Below are positions 1 through 18,805 of a stretch of DNA of 64,000 nucleotides, one piece after another. Source of the stretch: the human T2T-CHM13v2.0 reference genome, Homo sapiens; NCBI RefSeq assembly GCF_009914755.1, contig NC_060925.1; one strand, given 5' to 3'. How positions within the stretch are numbered: the first letter of the stretch is position 1; the number at the start of each line of letters is the position of its first letter. The position numbers and the translations under genes are program-made. The notes under the pieces are model-generated. The model saw only the letters and a list, made by a program, of their open reading frames with translations. It had not been told where the DNA came from and made no database searches.

Positions 1-1
1 T

Positions 2-244
<243 letters not shown>

Positions 245-556
245 TGAGGCAGGAGAATTGCTTAAGCCCAGGAGGTCAAGGCTGCAGTGAGCTATAAGCA
301 CACCACTGCACTCCAGCCTGGGTGACAGAGCGAGACCCTGTCTCAAAAACAAAACAAAACAAAAAAATCACTCTGGAGATGACGTGATAAATGGATGAGA
401 GAGAGATAGATGGGTTACAGTGTAGGCAGAAAGATTAGTCAAGACACTGCAGGGATCTAGGGAAGAAATAACGGGGTATAAGGGTATAAACTAATGTAAT
501 TAATGTAGAGTCAAGAGTAATGGAGAGAGGATTTAGACTCCTACATATCTCACTTA

Positions 557-918
<362 letters not shown>

Positions 919-921
919 TTA

Positions 922-1353
<432 letters not shown>

Positions 1354-2131
1354 TTATCAAGATCACCTCATGGGTTTGTAAAATAATTTCTGGAGGGGTC
1401 GGGGCAAGAGTGAAGAACTGTTTAGACATAATCATTCAGACATCTCTGTAAGGCATCTAGGTAGGTTTTGGGGTATATAGATCTAGAGTTTGAGAGTTCT
1501 AAGCTAAAGATTTTGGATTAATGAGCAAAAGCGCCACAAAAGTCACACAGGTGGATTAGATCCTCTGGTGAGAAAGGAGAGAAAGCATAGTCCAGGTGCA
1601 GTGGCTCACACCTATAATCCCAGCACATTGGGAGACAGAGGCAGGAGGATTGCTTGAGGCTAGGAGTTCAAGACCAGCCTGGGCTGTATAGCAAGACCCC
1701 ATCTCTACCAAAAAAAGAAAAAAAAGAAAGGAGAGAGACTAGAACAGAATCTTGGTAAACAGTGACATTTAAGGGAAGGAAGACAAAGAGAAAGCAATAA
1801 AGGAGACTGAGTAGGAGTGGCTAGGTGAAAAAAGAAAGCCAGGACAATGAGAAGAGACTTACAGGAGGGAGGGCTCAAAGGTGTCAAGACCACAGAGACC
1901 TCTTCCTGCTAGATTATGACACTTCTATAAAATAATACTATATTACCTTATCTAGTGAGTCCTAGAGTTAAATGATTATCAGTCCCTGAATTTCTTAAAA
2001 TATACAGAAGCAGGCTGAGCGTGGTGGCTCACATTTGTAATCCCAGGACTTTGGGAGGCCAAGGTGGGCAGATTATGAGGTCAGAAGATCGAGACCATCC
2101 TGGCTAACACAGCGAAACCCCGTCTCTACTA

Positions 2132-2844
<713 letters not shown>

Positions 2845-3174
2845 TTAATAGTTTATGTTATAATCTCTCATTGGAAGGAATAGAAGCAAGTACTTAGCTT
2901 TCCACAATTAAGCCTTATAATGATGCCACAAGAATAAACTAATCCCCAAAGTCGAGAATGTATAATTTTCAAACACTTTTTTAAAAAGCTGGTGAATAAC
3001 AAAGAGCTAGGATTAAATAATTTATTTAAAAAAAACTTTTCTCATAAATCTGTTTCATAAGCATATATAATAACATCATATATATTCTTAATTGGAGTAG
3101 AAACGTTTTTAAAATTACGTGAAAAACAAGAGTGAGATTCCAGAAAAAATTGTGCCCTAAAGAAATCTGGTTTA

Positions 3175-3466
<292 letters not shown>

Positions 3467-3795
3467 GAGAAATCTGGTTTAGAAGATAGGAATGTTCATT
3501 GAACATTGACCTGAACTGTCAATTGGAACTAAAGCTTTTTCTCATTTCTCCACCTAAATACAGGAAAACAAATATAACATATTGAGTTTATAAGTTCTCC
3601 AGACGTCAAAATTGGTCTGGTTGATTAATCAAGTTAAATTATTTAATTCTATTTTCTATTCCTAAATATAATAACTAAATATAAATCACTGCTCAACAAT
3701 GAATAAAGGTGGAACTCTAATTCTACCCAATTAATCTTAAAATGTATTATTTTGAGAACCAAGTCTTTCTCCTAGCTAAGTAAATGAAACTTTAA

Positions 3796-4107
<312 letters not shown>

Positions 4108-4122
4108 AAATGAAACTTTCCT

Positions 4123-4271
4123 TTAAGGAACAAGTGCATTTTTAATAGATTCTGGAACTCGGCTTGCATAGTAGTCATAATTCCTCAGTGTGGCCAGGAC
4201 TCCTGCAGAGTTCATATGCTTCACATCCTTGTGGTACTGAAGAACATTCCCATGGATATCGGTTAACTTGC
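4123..4271 (-). CDS. BPNT1: BPNT1 last coding exon (GKLTDIHG...KNALVP*)
   Basis: CTATAG acceptor; TAA at 4125-4123; the eight exons sum to 927 nt = 308 aa plus stop. Confidence 0.97.
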
Positions 4272-4963
4272 CTATAGAAAAACATCAATCAATCAATCAA
4301 GTTAGTGGCTAATTGGATTGTGGTTTTTCTAGTTATTTTTAAGTGCCTTTTGCTTCCTTATCCAATAGTAGCCAATAAATTCTGGATGAAATAATGAGTG
4401 TCCATAAAGGTTAAGTTTTAATTCACTTGAAATTTAAGACTACAGAACAATTTTAACTAACTAAAGGATATAAAATTATTTTTTCTCTGATTAAAATTAA
4501 TTTTATTTAGCATTTTCTTTTCTTTTTTTTTTTTTTTTTTTTTTTGAGATGGAGTCTTGCCCAGGCTGGAGTGCAATGGCACAATCTCAGTTACTACAAC
4601 CTCGGTTCACTACAAGCCCAGGAGTTCAAGGGTGCAGTGAGCCATGATTGCACCACTGCATTCCAGCCTAGACAATAGCGACCCTGTGTCAAAAAAAAAA
4701 AAAGGCTATAAATAAGGGCTAAATTAAATTAATTGTATGCAGATCAAAGTTCAAAAAAAGAGACGATAACTAAAGTAAAACTTGCTGAAAATCTGCTCTC
4801 TCATCCATCTATCATATGAGGGGTTTGGACTGGATAATCTCTAAGCTGCCTTCTAGCTTTTATATCGTAACAGTCTAAGTAAAATAATATTACTGAGATA
4901 TTATGTCTTAGCATGATATAATTGTAGAAAAACTATGAATTTCCTCAAATAAAACAGACTAAC

Positions 4964-5069
4964 CTCCCACAGCATGTAAAATAACTTCTGGAGCACAAGT
5001 ATCCCACTTCTTACAACCAGGACTTGCAAATACATAAGCAGAGGCTTTGCCTTCAATCAGCTGAATAAT
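4964..5069 (-). CDS. BPNT1: BPNT1 exon 8 ([12 protein letters not shown]...[16 protein letters not shown])
   Basis: TTACAG acceptor, GAG|GTTAGT donor, 106 nt; WDxxA family motif. Confidence 0.97.
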
Positions 5070-5944
5070 CTGTAAGGGTAAAAATAAGAATTATCCTTTG
5101 ATAATAGAAAGAATAATTGAAAGTCATGAAAAGATTGAGGTACAGATAAGAAAAACTGCTTGTTTCTATCAAGGACATTTAATCAGTTCCTCTGTTAAAT
5201 TTAGTTAAAGCTTTTAGCAGGTTTAAATTATACCAGTATTATGAAGAAATACATAGAATAAATGCATAATAATATAGTGATATGAAGGAAAAATAATGGT
5301 CAAAAAAGCTACAAAGAGGATATCTGAACTGTCTCCATATTCCAAGTTACATAAAGTAACATGTTCCTTTTATTCACGTTGTTTTTCTTTTTTAGTGTAA
5401 AAGCAATATACATTTACAGCAGAATTAATTCAAGTTTTTTCAACATCTAAAAAATTGACCATTTATTAGAGGGCTGCGCATGGTGGCTCACTCCTGTAAT
5501 GCCAGCACTTTGGGAGGCTGAGACAGGTGGATCACTTGCAGCCAGGAGTTTGAGACCAGCGTGGCCAACATAGCAAAACCCATCTCTACTAAAAATACAA
5601 AAAATTAGCTGGGTGTTGTGTTGCATGTCTGTAATCCTAGCTACTTGGGAGGCTGAGGCACGAGAATCGTTTGAACCTGGGAGGTGGAGGTTGTAGTGAG
5701 CCAAGACTGCACCACTTCACTCCAGCCTGGGCGACAGAGCGAGACTCTGTCTCAAACAAACAAAAGCACTCCCCTCAAAAAAAAACCCTGACCATTATTA
5801 AATAAAGGACAGAGAAGTATCAAGCAGTACCATAATGTATAAATTGTAATAGATCCTAACAGATGTGCAATGTGACTAGTCTAACAAATACTTTCATAAG
5901 TCTTGGGATCACACGTATTGCCATTTCACTACCAAAATACAAAC

Positions 5945-6470
5945 TTTTTTTTTTAAAAATATTTGAAGAGATTTATTCTAAGCCCAATATGAGTGACCAT
6001 GGCCCATGACACAGCCCTCAGGAAGTCCTGAGAACATGTGCCCAAGGCAGTGGGGAGCAGCTTGGTTGTATGTATTTTAGAGAGGCATGAGACATCAATC
6101 AAATACATTTAAGAAATACATTGATTTGGTCCAGAAAGGTGGAACAACTCAAAGCGGTGGGGGCGGGGAGGCTTCCAGGATATAGGTGAATTTAAGTATT
6201 TTCTGATTGACAATTGATTGGGTTTGTCTAAAGACCTGGGATCTATAGAAAGAGAATGTTCAGATTAAGATAAAGATTGTTGAGACCAAAATTCCTTTGA
6301 AGTCTTATAGTGGCTGTCCTTAGATACAATAGGTGACAAATGTTTCCTAATCAGATTTTAGTTAATCTGTTTAGGATTTGGAGGGTCTGAAAGAAAAAGA
6401 GCTAGCTATGTTAATAGAGATGCTTTACAGATGCAGATTTTTCCCCACAAAGAACAGCTTTGCAGCGCCA
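5945..6470 (-). mobile_element. ERV1 MER4-group LTR-derived segment ending in poly(A), with a 16-bp TSD
   Basis: Resembles the MER4A LTR from memory; AATAAA at 5977-5972, T-run 5945-5954; TSD CAAAATACAAACTTTT at 5933 and 6471. Confidence 0.7.
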
Positions 6471-6640
6471 CAAAATACAAACTTTTATAGAGTCATCCTA
6501 ACAATTCCTCTAATACTGACACACAACTGAGATCACTGCTAGAACTTGCATGACTCTAAATGGTAACCTGCTATCAAACTTTCATTAGTCAATTGACTTT
6601 TTTTGGTTATAGTGTAAAATAATTATTATTATAAAACTCA

Positions 6641-6838
<198 letters not shown>

Positions 6839-7420
6839 TCAGAAGATACATAAGTAGGACCAGAGTGATAGGCTGTGAGGAAGGAAGGAGTCTAGGATGA
6901 CTTTCAGGTGTTTGGCTGGATCAGTTAGAAAAATGGTGGTGCCATTAGTGGGATAGTAAAACAGGGAGAGAAACACATCCAGAGGTGGGTAGAAAGAGGA
7001 TGAACTCAAATTGGACACGCTAAATTTGAGATACCTGAGGGATGTCATCATAATGATATCTAGGGGACAATCAGATGAGAAGAGATCAGGGCTAGGGATG
7101 TAGATCAAATTGTGTCCCATTTCATAATTCTCTCAGCAGGTTGGAAACCTGGATGAAAGAATGGGGGAAATAGATAGGAAGTGGGCAGGCAGGCCAGATC
7201 TTAGAGTCTGTAGAAGGGCTAGGAAATAATCTAAGAGGGTCCTTGGGAAAATAAGGTCTTTGGCAAGAAGCATGGAGTCATCCTGATGACTTTCATTAAC
7301 ATTGAACTCTCTCAGATAAAAAAAAAAAAAACTTGATTCTTAAATTTATTTTTAAAATTTAAATGCTGCTGAAATGTACAAATTATAGTCTTTACTCCCA
7401 TCTCTTTAAACGCTTATTTC

Positions 7421-7950
7421 TTTTTTTTTTATTATTATACTTTAAGTTTTAGGGTACATGTGCACAATGTGCAGGTTAGTTACATATGTATACATGTGCC
7501 ATGCTGGTGTGCTGCACCCATTAACTCGTCATCTAGCATTAGGTATATCTCCCAATGCTATCCCTCCCCCCTCCCCCCACCCCACAACAGTCCCCAGAGT
7601 GTGACATTCCCCTTCCTGTGTCCATGTGTTCTCATTGTTCAATTCCCATTTATGAGTGAGAACATGCGGTGTTTGGTTTTTTGTCCTTGCGATAGTTTAC
7701 TGAGAATGATGATTTCCAATTTCATCCACGTCCTTACAAAGGACATGAACTCATCATTTTTTATGGCTGCATAGTATTCCATGGTGTATATGTGCCACAT
7801 TTTCTTAATCCAGTCTATCATTGTTGGACATTTGGGTTGGTTCCAAGTCTTTGCTATTGTGAATAGTGCCACAATAAACATACGTGTGCATGTGTCTTTA
7901 TAGCAGCATGATTTATAGTCCTTTGGGTATATACCCAGTAATGGGATGGC
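7421..7950 (-). mobile_element. 5'-truncated L1PA (ORF2 C-terminus plus 3'UTR)
   Basis: ORF track MFIVALFTIAKTWNQPKCP... is the L1 ORF2p C-terminus; G-rich 3'UTR; TSD TAAAC(G/T)CTTATTTC at 7407 and 7951. Confidence 0.95.
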
Positions 7951-8034
7951 TAAACTCTTATTTCATGTTTTTAGAAGTTGAGTATTTCAATGATTCACTT
8001 GCACTTCAGAGCAGATGACAGACATTTTTCATAC

Positions 8035-8232
8035 CTTATTTCCTGCTCCTCCTACTCGCAGCACAGCATCGGGGTTCATAGCAGCAACACAGTCAGTAAC
8101 CAACTTGTTGCTATGGGATCGAGTAGTTGTGATAATGTGTTTCCCAGCAGGGACTTCTTTCAGCTGAAACCCAAAGGCGCCTAAACCTAAAACTCCCCAG
8201 ATTGTCCTCCCCAACACAGCATCTGGTCCTGC
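8035..8232 (-). CDS. BPNT1: BPNT1 exon 7 ([10 protein letters not shown]...TTTRSH...GGAGNK)
   Basis: ACACAG acceptor, AAG|GTATGA donor, 198 nt; seen in ORF track 8029..8256. Confidence 0.97.
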
Positions 8233-8438
8233 CTGTGTAAACGAGTGAAACAACAAGACTTGTGGTTATTTGGAGAAGAACGTTAGCCCATAAATGGAAT
8301 ATTCAGTTATATTAGCATCATGATTTAAAAAATAAAAACATGATAGCCGGGCGCGGTGGCTCATGCCTGTAATCCCAGCACTTTGGGAGGCCGAGGCGGG
8401 CGGATCACGAGGTCAGGATATCTAAACCATCCTGGCTA

Positions 8439-8699
<261 letters not shown>

Positions 8700-9614
8700 T
8701 TATTATCATTACTGTTCTGGTTAACAGTTTCAAAGAACTTTTGGTTATTCCCTGGAATCCTTATAAACTGATTTCTGTTTATAATGTGCTGAAACATCAT
8801 AAACTGATTACTGTTTCTCTGAATTATCTAATGATCTCTTTGTTGTATTTGAAAATGGCCATTTTCAGAAGGTACTAAGATCCCCAGGAAATGAAATACC
8901 ATGTATTGATAACTACTTTTCATTATCCAAGAAATATTAAAAATCATGTTGCTACAGGAATAGGTAATGATGACAATGTATTTGGCTGCTATGGAGATAG
9001 GGCAACTGAATAGGCCAATACAATATTGAAGAGTAGCCATGGATAATGGGATCAGAGTTAAGATTTTGCTGACAATTTTAACAGCAAAATGACAATGATA
9101 ATGCAATCTTAGAATCTATATTTTCCTTTGCAGAACTCAATTTCAACTACATTGTTATAACTATACACTTGATATAGAAAAAAAATCTGTATTTCATGGA
9201 AAGTAAAACTGATACATAAAATGATTGATGCAAAGTCATCAAAATACAATTATATTAATATAGTAGACATATATTATAGAGATATACATATTGTACTGAA
9301 CACCAAACATGTACCAGGCACCATTCTAAGTGCTTTACATGTATTATCTCTCTTTCAATCCTCAAAGCACCCCCATGAAGTAGGTATTCTCATCCTTAAT
9401 TTAAAGATTAGAAAAATGAAATGTGGAACCATTAAGTAACCTGACTAAAGGTTCTAAGAAGTTCACAACCAAAGATTGGCTCATCTGTCTTCAAAGATGA
9501 TATTCTTAAACACTAAATTAGACTGCCTATGTTTACCTGTCAAATGTTTTCACACACATCATCTTATTTGTCCTAGAGCAGTACCCTGGGTGTTGTTATT
9601 GTGAAATATACTTA

Positions 9615-9990
9615 GGTCGCAGGTTGGGTTCCCTGGGAAGCAGACTCTGAGGCAGGTGGTATGTTTGTTAGGAAGTGCGCTTGGTATCAACACCTGTGGA
9701 AGGAGGAGGAGGGTGTGGGCAGAGGGAAGAAATAAGCTGTGATGCAGGTACAGCAAGAGCTGACCCTACGGGGAGCTGTTCCTATGCGGGGAGTCTGGAG
9801 CTACAATAGCCTTTCAGGGTAGTCCCAAATTGGGATGAGATGTCAGGTCTTTAAACTCCTGCAATAATCAGTCACTGGAAATGGACTGCATTGGGAAGAG
9901 GGGTGGTCCTAGGTGAGACAGCTCTCCATTGGTAGGGCAATCCCAGAAGAGTCTGATGGCATATGGGGCAACAAAGGAGCCAAAGAACAA
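9615..9990 (-). mobile_element. Old ERVL LTR (LTR16-like)
   Basis: Resembles the LTR16 end motif (GCAGGTTGGGTTCCCTGGGAAGCAGACTCTGAG); subfamily from memory. Confidence 0.5.
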
Positions 9991-10070
9991 GCACTGGGTA
10001 CTCAGTATATGTTAATGTGCTTCCTCTGTTCCCATCTGAGTTTACACTACAGGAGAGGCTTGGAATCTAA

Positions 10071-10265
<195 letters not shown>

Positions 10266-12579
10266 TAGTAGAGACAGGGGTTTCACCATGTTGGTCAGGC
10301 TGGCCTCGAACTCCTGACCTTGTGATCCACCTGCCTTGGCCTCCCAAAGTGCTGGGATTACAGGCGTGAGCCACCACGCCCAACCAAGAAACCTATTTAT
10401 TAATGCAGTTCTCCAGTTATTCTGGAAAAAAATAAAGGAAAGAAAACAGTGGACACGAATATTTTGGGCCCTACAAGGTCATATTGCCTCTGTAAATGAA
10501 CATCTAGGCAAAAAGGATGGGATCAAGGACTCTGGTGTCTTGGTGTGGTAAATGCAATCCCATGATGCAGCTGGCTTGCCTTCTTCTGTGCTCCTGACTC
10601 TCAGGCTCTGGCATTGTCTCTCTCTTTCAAAGGCTCCACACCAATTTTGGGAGGGTAATAAAGGCGAAAATTTTCTGACAATTAAGCTTCAATGGTTAAG
10701 AAACTGGCTTCAGTATGAAGATAGACTGAGTTTCTTCATGCTATTTCCTTTAAGTGTCTACTAGTTTCAGTATATGTTGGAAGCAATAATAAAGTTTGAA
10801 TTGCTAAGTCTTTTCTCTGGCTCAGGAGGGCAATATAAAGTAATACAGTAGCAAGGTTTGGATTTGAGTTTGAATCTCAGTTCTGCCATTTACCAGCTGG
10901 GTGACCACAGGAAAGTTAATTGCCTCAGTTTCCTCTTTAAAATGGGGATAATAGTTTATTTAAAGGGCTGTGGTTAGTATTCAATGAAAGGATACATTTG
11001 AAACCCTTGAACCTGGCAGCATACAGTAAACTCTTAATAAATTTTAGCTATTATGGTGATGATGATTATTATTTAAAATTGAATCTTTAGCCTGAATACC
11101 ACCAACACAGCTGAGCAACTTTTCTACTTCCATTTGTGGTAATGAATTTTAAGGCATAAGCAAGAGAAGCAAGAGAAAGGATAAACAGAGTGTCCAGAAG
11201 GGAAGTGGTACAGAGAGAGGTAATGAAGAGAAGCAGAACTGGAGAAAATGAACTGGTATGTGGGATGTACAATGACCACCTGGGGTACCACAAGTTGCCT
11301 GCTTCTTTTCTACCTACTAGTGGAGCCAAAACCCTAGCTATTTTTCTCACCTTTGCTTCATTCCTGTGTTCCCTTAACTGCTGCTTTTCATTGTTCTGTG
11401 GAAAATGAATACAATTTTTCTAATCTCAGAAAGAAGTGGTGAAAATTATTAACTCCTAAGCACTTAGATTTTTTCTTGATGAAAGGTACCGTGCATTACA
11501 ATGCTTTATATGAATTAAATGCCCCTTTTGAAAGTAATAGTATTAACTTAAAGTTTACATAAAAACCACAAACTTGTGTCTGTATATAACAGTATCAACA
11601 TTAAAATCATATTTAAAGAATTAATAGACACAAGCAATTTAACCCCAGAGACTTTCTCAATAACATATAACTCTTTTGGTAAATCCTAAGAAACACGATT
11701 CTTAATATAATTTATAATCATACAAACAGCAGGAAAAAACAAATTTATATTAGAAATAAAGCTTAACCTTGCTTTTAACTCAGAGTGGAAATTCAGAAGT
11801 AGTATTGCCCACTCTGATTACTTTGTTTCTCTAAAGTTCTATCAAGGTCACATTAATATAAATACCTTAACTACTTTATCTCAACAATTTCCTATACAAT
11901 TTAATGCAATTTAATGGTAAATTCTTGCTTTGAAATTACACTAGTCCCTTGCTTCTATGGAAGGCAATTTATCTGATGTATAATAGAAAATCAAAGCAGA
12001 TTAGAAGAGACAAGAAAAAAGAATGCAAGAGCATAGTACGTTCTGTTACCAACACTGACTGTAACTTAGGCGCTACACAGCGTTACCTGGAAAACAACAG
12101 GCCTAGCATCTTTTCTTAGTTGAAATGGTTCATTTCTTGAATGTGCTTCAGGAACCAATCATAAATCAGGTGTCTTGATGCCCAAGCTAATCAAGAACCC
12201 TATCAGTAATTCTCTCAACATTTATATTTGAATCATAAGGAATAAATTAAAAAATATATAATGCATTTAGTGGGTCTGTGTACATACACATGCATATATA
12301 TACATACCCAGTACCAATGCCCCCAGCGATTTTGATTCAGTAGGTCTGGGGTATGGCCTGGGAATCCGTATTTTTAAAGGTTTCTCATCAGTTAATAGCA
12401 TAGCTAAAAAAAAAGTTAAAAATAAATAAATAAATAAATAAAATTTAAAAAATGAAAAGTTCCCCAGATGATTGCATATGCAACCAAGCTAAAAACCACT
12501 TGCTTAGGTAACATAAAGAATCAGATAACACTATAATTATTTATCTAATGAAATTACTTTGTATCATTTATAGTAATAC

Positions 12580-12671
12580 CTCATAGTTGTAATATGGCTG
12601 GTTAATAACTCCTGCTATGGCTTTTCCTTCATAAGCAATTCCAATAAGAACTGTTACATTGTCAAGAAGAC
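12580..12671 (-). CDS. BPNT1: BPNT1 exon 6 ([31 protein letters not shown])
   Basis: TTTGCAG acceptor, GAG|GTATTA donor, 92 nt, restores phase 0. Confidence 0.96.
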
Positions 12672-13353
12672 CTGCAAAGAAGAAATAAATATCAGTTATA
12701 TAACTTGCTCATATTATGACTCATCATTACTACATCAATTGCTCCAAGTTAGTTTTGCAGTTAAGGTATGGAATTTGCAATGATTCATCCGTGATCAATC
12801 CTATTTATAGTGAAAGGCATAAATGATAAGCTGGCCAGAAACAGCCATAGGATCTATGGCCACTTAATTGAATTGGCTATCATGGTCTCATTAGTACAAT
12901 GTGTAAACCAACTAAATAAAGCAGCCATAATTTTGCAGCCATCATCATCAGATTCCTCTGTGCCTCTTCCACCATCATCCAACTCATCCTTACCTGCCGA
13001 ATCACTTTATATTCCTGGATTACACTCTAGACTTGTATTTCAAGCCTTTAAAACAGAGTTTCTCAAAGGGAGGCCCAAGGACTATCAAGCAGCATTAGAA
13101 TTAACTGATGTACTTTTTATAATACAGATCTTCTCAGGCTCCTTCCCAGAACTAGTGAATCAAAATCTGAGAGTGGGGGACAAGACCTAAATAAGCTTTC
13201 TAGGTGCTTTTATACACATTAAAGTTGTCTAGAGCTTCCTTATTTCACAATGGGTTCTACAGATGTTTTCAGCACACACACATACATACACATGTATACA
13301 CACACTGTGATTCACCCATTATAGCGATGTCTCATTCAAGAACAGTAAAATAG

Positions 13354-13693
<340 letters not shown>

Positions 13694-13978
13694 TAATTAT
13701 CTGCCCACCTCGGCCTCCCAAAGTGCTGGGATTACAGGCATAAGCCACCACGCCTGGCCTAGATCTTAAGTTTAAAAATAAAACTCTAAGCTTAAAACCT
13801 AAAACCTACCAGGTGCGGTGGCTCACACCTGTAATCCCAGCACTTTGGGAGGCCCAGGTGAGTGGATCACCTGAGGTCAGGAGTTCAAGACCAGCCTGAC
13901 CAACATGGTGAAACCCCATCTCTCCTAAAAATACAAAAATTAGCTGGGCGTGGTGGCAGGTGCCTGTAATCCCCGCTA

Positions 13979-14155
<177 letters not shown>

Positions 14156-14661
14156 TTAATTTGTTGCTCTCTAATTGTTCTCATCTTAGATAAGGAGAAA
14201 TATTGTACTGTGTTTCAAAACCCACCTTTAGAAGGTGAGGCTATGAAATGTGAAAGCAGTTCACAGATTAGGGGAGAGTGAATGGGGAGGGCATGGGATG
14301 GTGGTGGTGGCAGAGCAAGAGCTACACAGTTGTACTCGTTATCGTTTTTCTACCCCAATAAAGCTGGGTTCAGTATAGTCATTTTGGTAACACTGGTTTA
14401 ATATGTTATTCTCATCTGGGAGACATTAGAAGTGTGGGGCTGGTGGAGTATGTGGGGGGTGGTATTTGAAGGAGATGAATTTTATTCTCCTGTCTTAACA
14501 ATCAACGATGTATGATAACCATGAGCACAAATATAGCTTTAGGGGTAAACATAACACATGATAGTAGCTTTCCATACAACATACAAAATATCAAATATTT
14601 ACAACTAACATCATATCCTTGTCCCACTACTGTCAAATATGAATACAAAAGAGATATCAAC

Positions 14662-14710
14662 CTTCGGTATATTCCTTGGTTCCATCCAGAGGATCAACCC
14701 AGACCACGAG
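14662..14710 (-). CDS. BPNT1: BPNT1 exon 5 (LVVWVDPLDGTKEYTE-G), catalytic metal-binding DPxDGT motif
   Basis: TTTTAG acceptor, weak AAG|GTTGAT donor, 49 nt; WVDPLDGT is the FIG-family signature. Confidence 0.96.
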
Positions 14711-15463
14711 CTAAAATTAAAAAGAGAGAAGGAAAATATCTAAATCAAGCACACAAAATTCTAAAAATAGATTTAAATAGATTAAAATTACTCTTTTTTT
14801 CCTGTTTGAAATTGTATTATGGATGGCTTAAATTAATGTCATCTGTTTTGAGATAGTACAAAAAGCTTATTCTTTTGTAATCATGGAAAAAGTCCATTTG
14901 AATAAGAAAAAAGTCTGATTTAAGAATTTTCAGGCCAGGCACGGTGGCTCACACCTGTAATCCCGCACTTTGAGAGGCCGAGGCGGGTGGATCACCTGAA
15001 GTCAGGAGTTCGAGACCAGCCCGGCCAAAGTGGTGAAACCCCATCTCTACTAAAAATACAAAAATTAGCCGGGCGTGGTGGTGGGTGGCTGTAATCCCAG
15101 CTACTCAGTAGGCTGAGGCAGGAGAATCACTTGAACTCAGGAGGCGGAGGTAGCAGTGAGCAGAGATCGTGCCATTGCACTCCAGCCTGGATGACAAGAG
15201 CAAAACTCCATCTCAAAAAAAAAAATACAAAAAAATGATTTTCAACATGAAATGCTTAACTGATAAAAGTTTGTTGTCATTTGAACACTAAGCACAATGA
15301 ATATACTGATCTCTAGATCATGGTACAGGAAAAACTTGTAAAGTGGCAAAAAAATGTTTTGAACAAGCACAGTTGCTACTCATTTTTATATATAAGTGCT
15401 GATTTTAAAAAAACAAGTCTGATTATCTTAAGGACACAGTCCATACAATCCAAAGAAAAATGA

Positions 15464-15827
<364 letters not shown>

Positions 15828-15834
15828 TAGCGGA

Positions 15835-17892
<2,058 letters not shown>

Positions 17893-18126
17893 TAAAAGTA
17901 TTTTAAATAACGGTTTTAGAGTGCAAAGGAAACCCATAGGATGAGAAACTGAACTCTAAATCCATATGGTTGCCTGATACTTCCATGTTGGCTCTGAAAG
18001 ATATCAAGTTTCTGGTTGCCCCTATTTTATAACTACCAATTTTTCATCTTACATGCAAATATTATTTCCTTTACTATGGCAAAAAGCCCAGGTTAATAGA
18101 GAGTTGAGTATAAATATGGGTCATAC

Positions 18127-18234
18127 ATCTTCTTCTTTAATAGCACTGTACTGCGATGGGCATGGTTGCTTCAGTATTTCTTCCCACTGACTGTCTTCAA
18201 TCAGCTCTTGATCCACTTCCTCAGAAGGCAGATC
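18127..18234 (-). CDS. BPNT1: BPNT1 exon 4 (DLPSEEVD...IKEED)
   Basis: TTTAG acceptor, GAT|GTATGA donor, 108 nt, keeps frame. Confidence 0.96.
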
Positions 18235-18514
18235 CTAAAGCAGAGATAACCCTAATGGTTACTGAAGCTGTTTAGTGTTTACAGAGTATGCTTTGTCTCA
18301 TTAACAGAAGAAATGCAGCATCACAGTTTTCACTAGTTCTTCTGGTTTACCATTTATATTTAGAGCTTTTAAAGCAAACCTTAAAAATTTGCAAAAACAA
18401 CCATATGTGGCTCATCAAAATTGACTAAATGGTTCCAGTGTCATTATACTGAAGAGAGTTTAAAAAGAAAAGAATTTTTAAGTATTATACACTCATTTAA
18501 ACAAGTGTCTCTGA

Positions 18515-18805
<291 letters not shown>

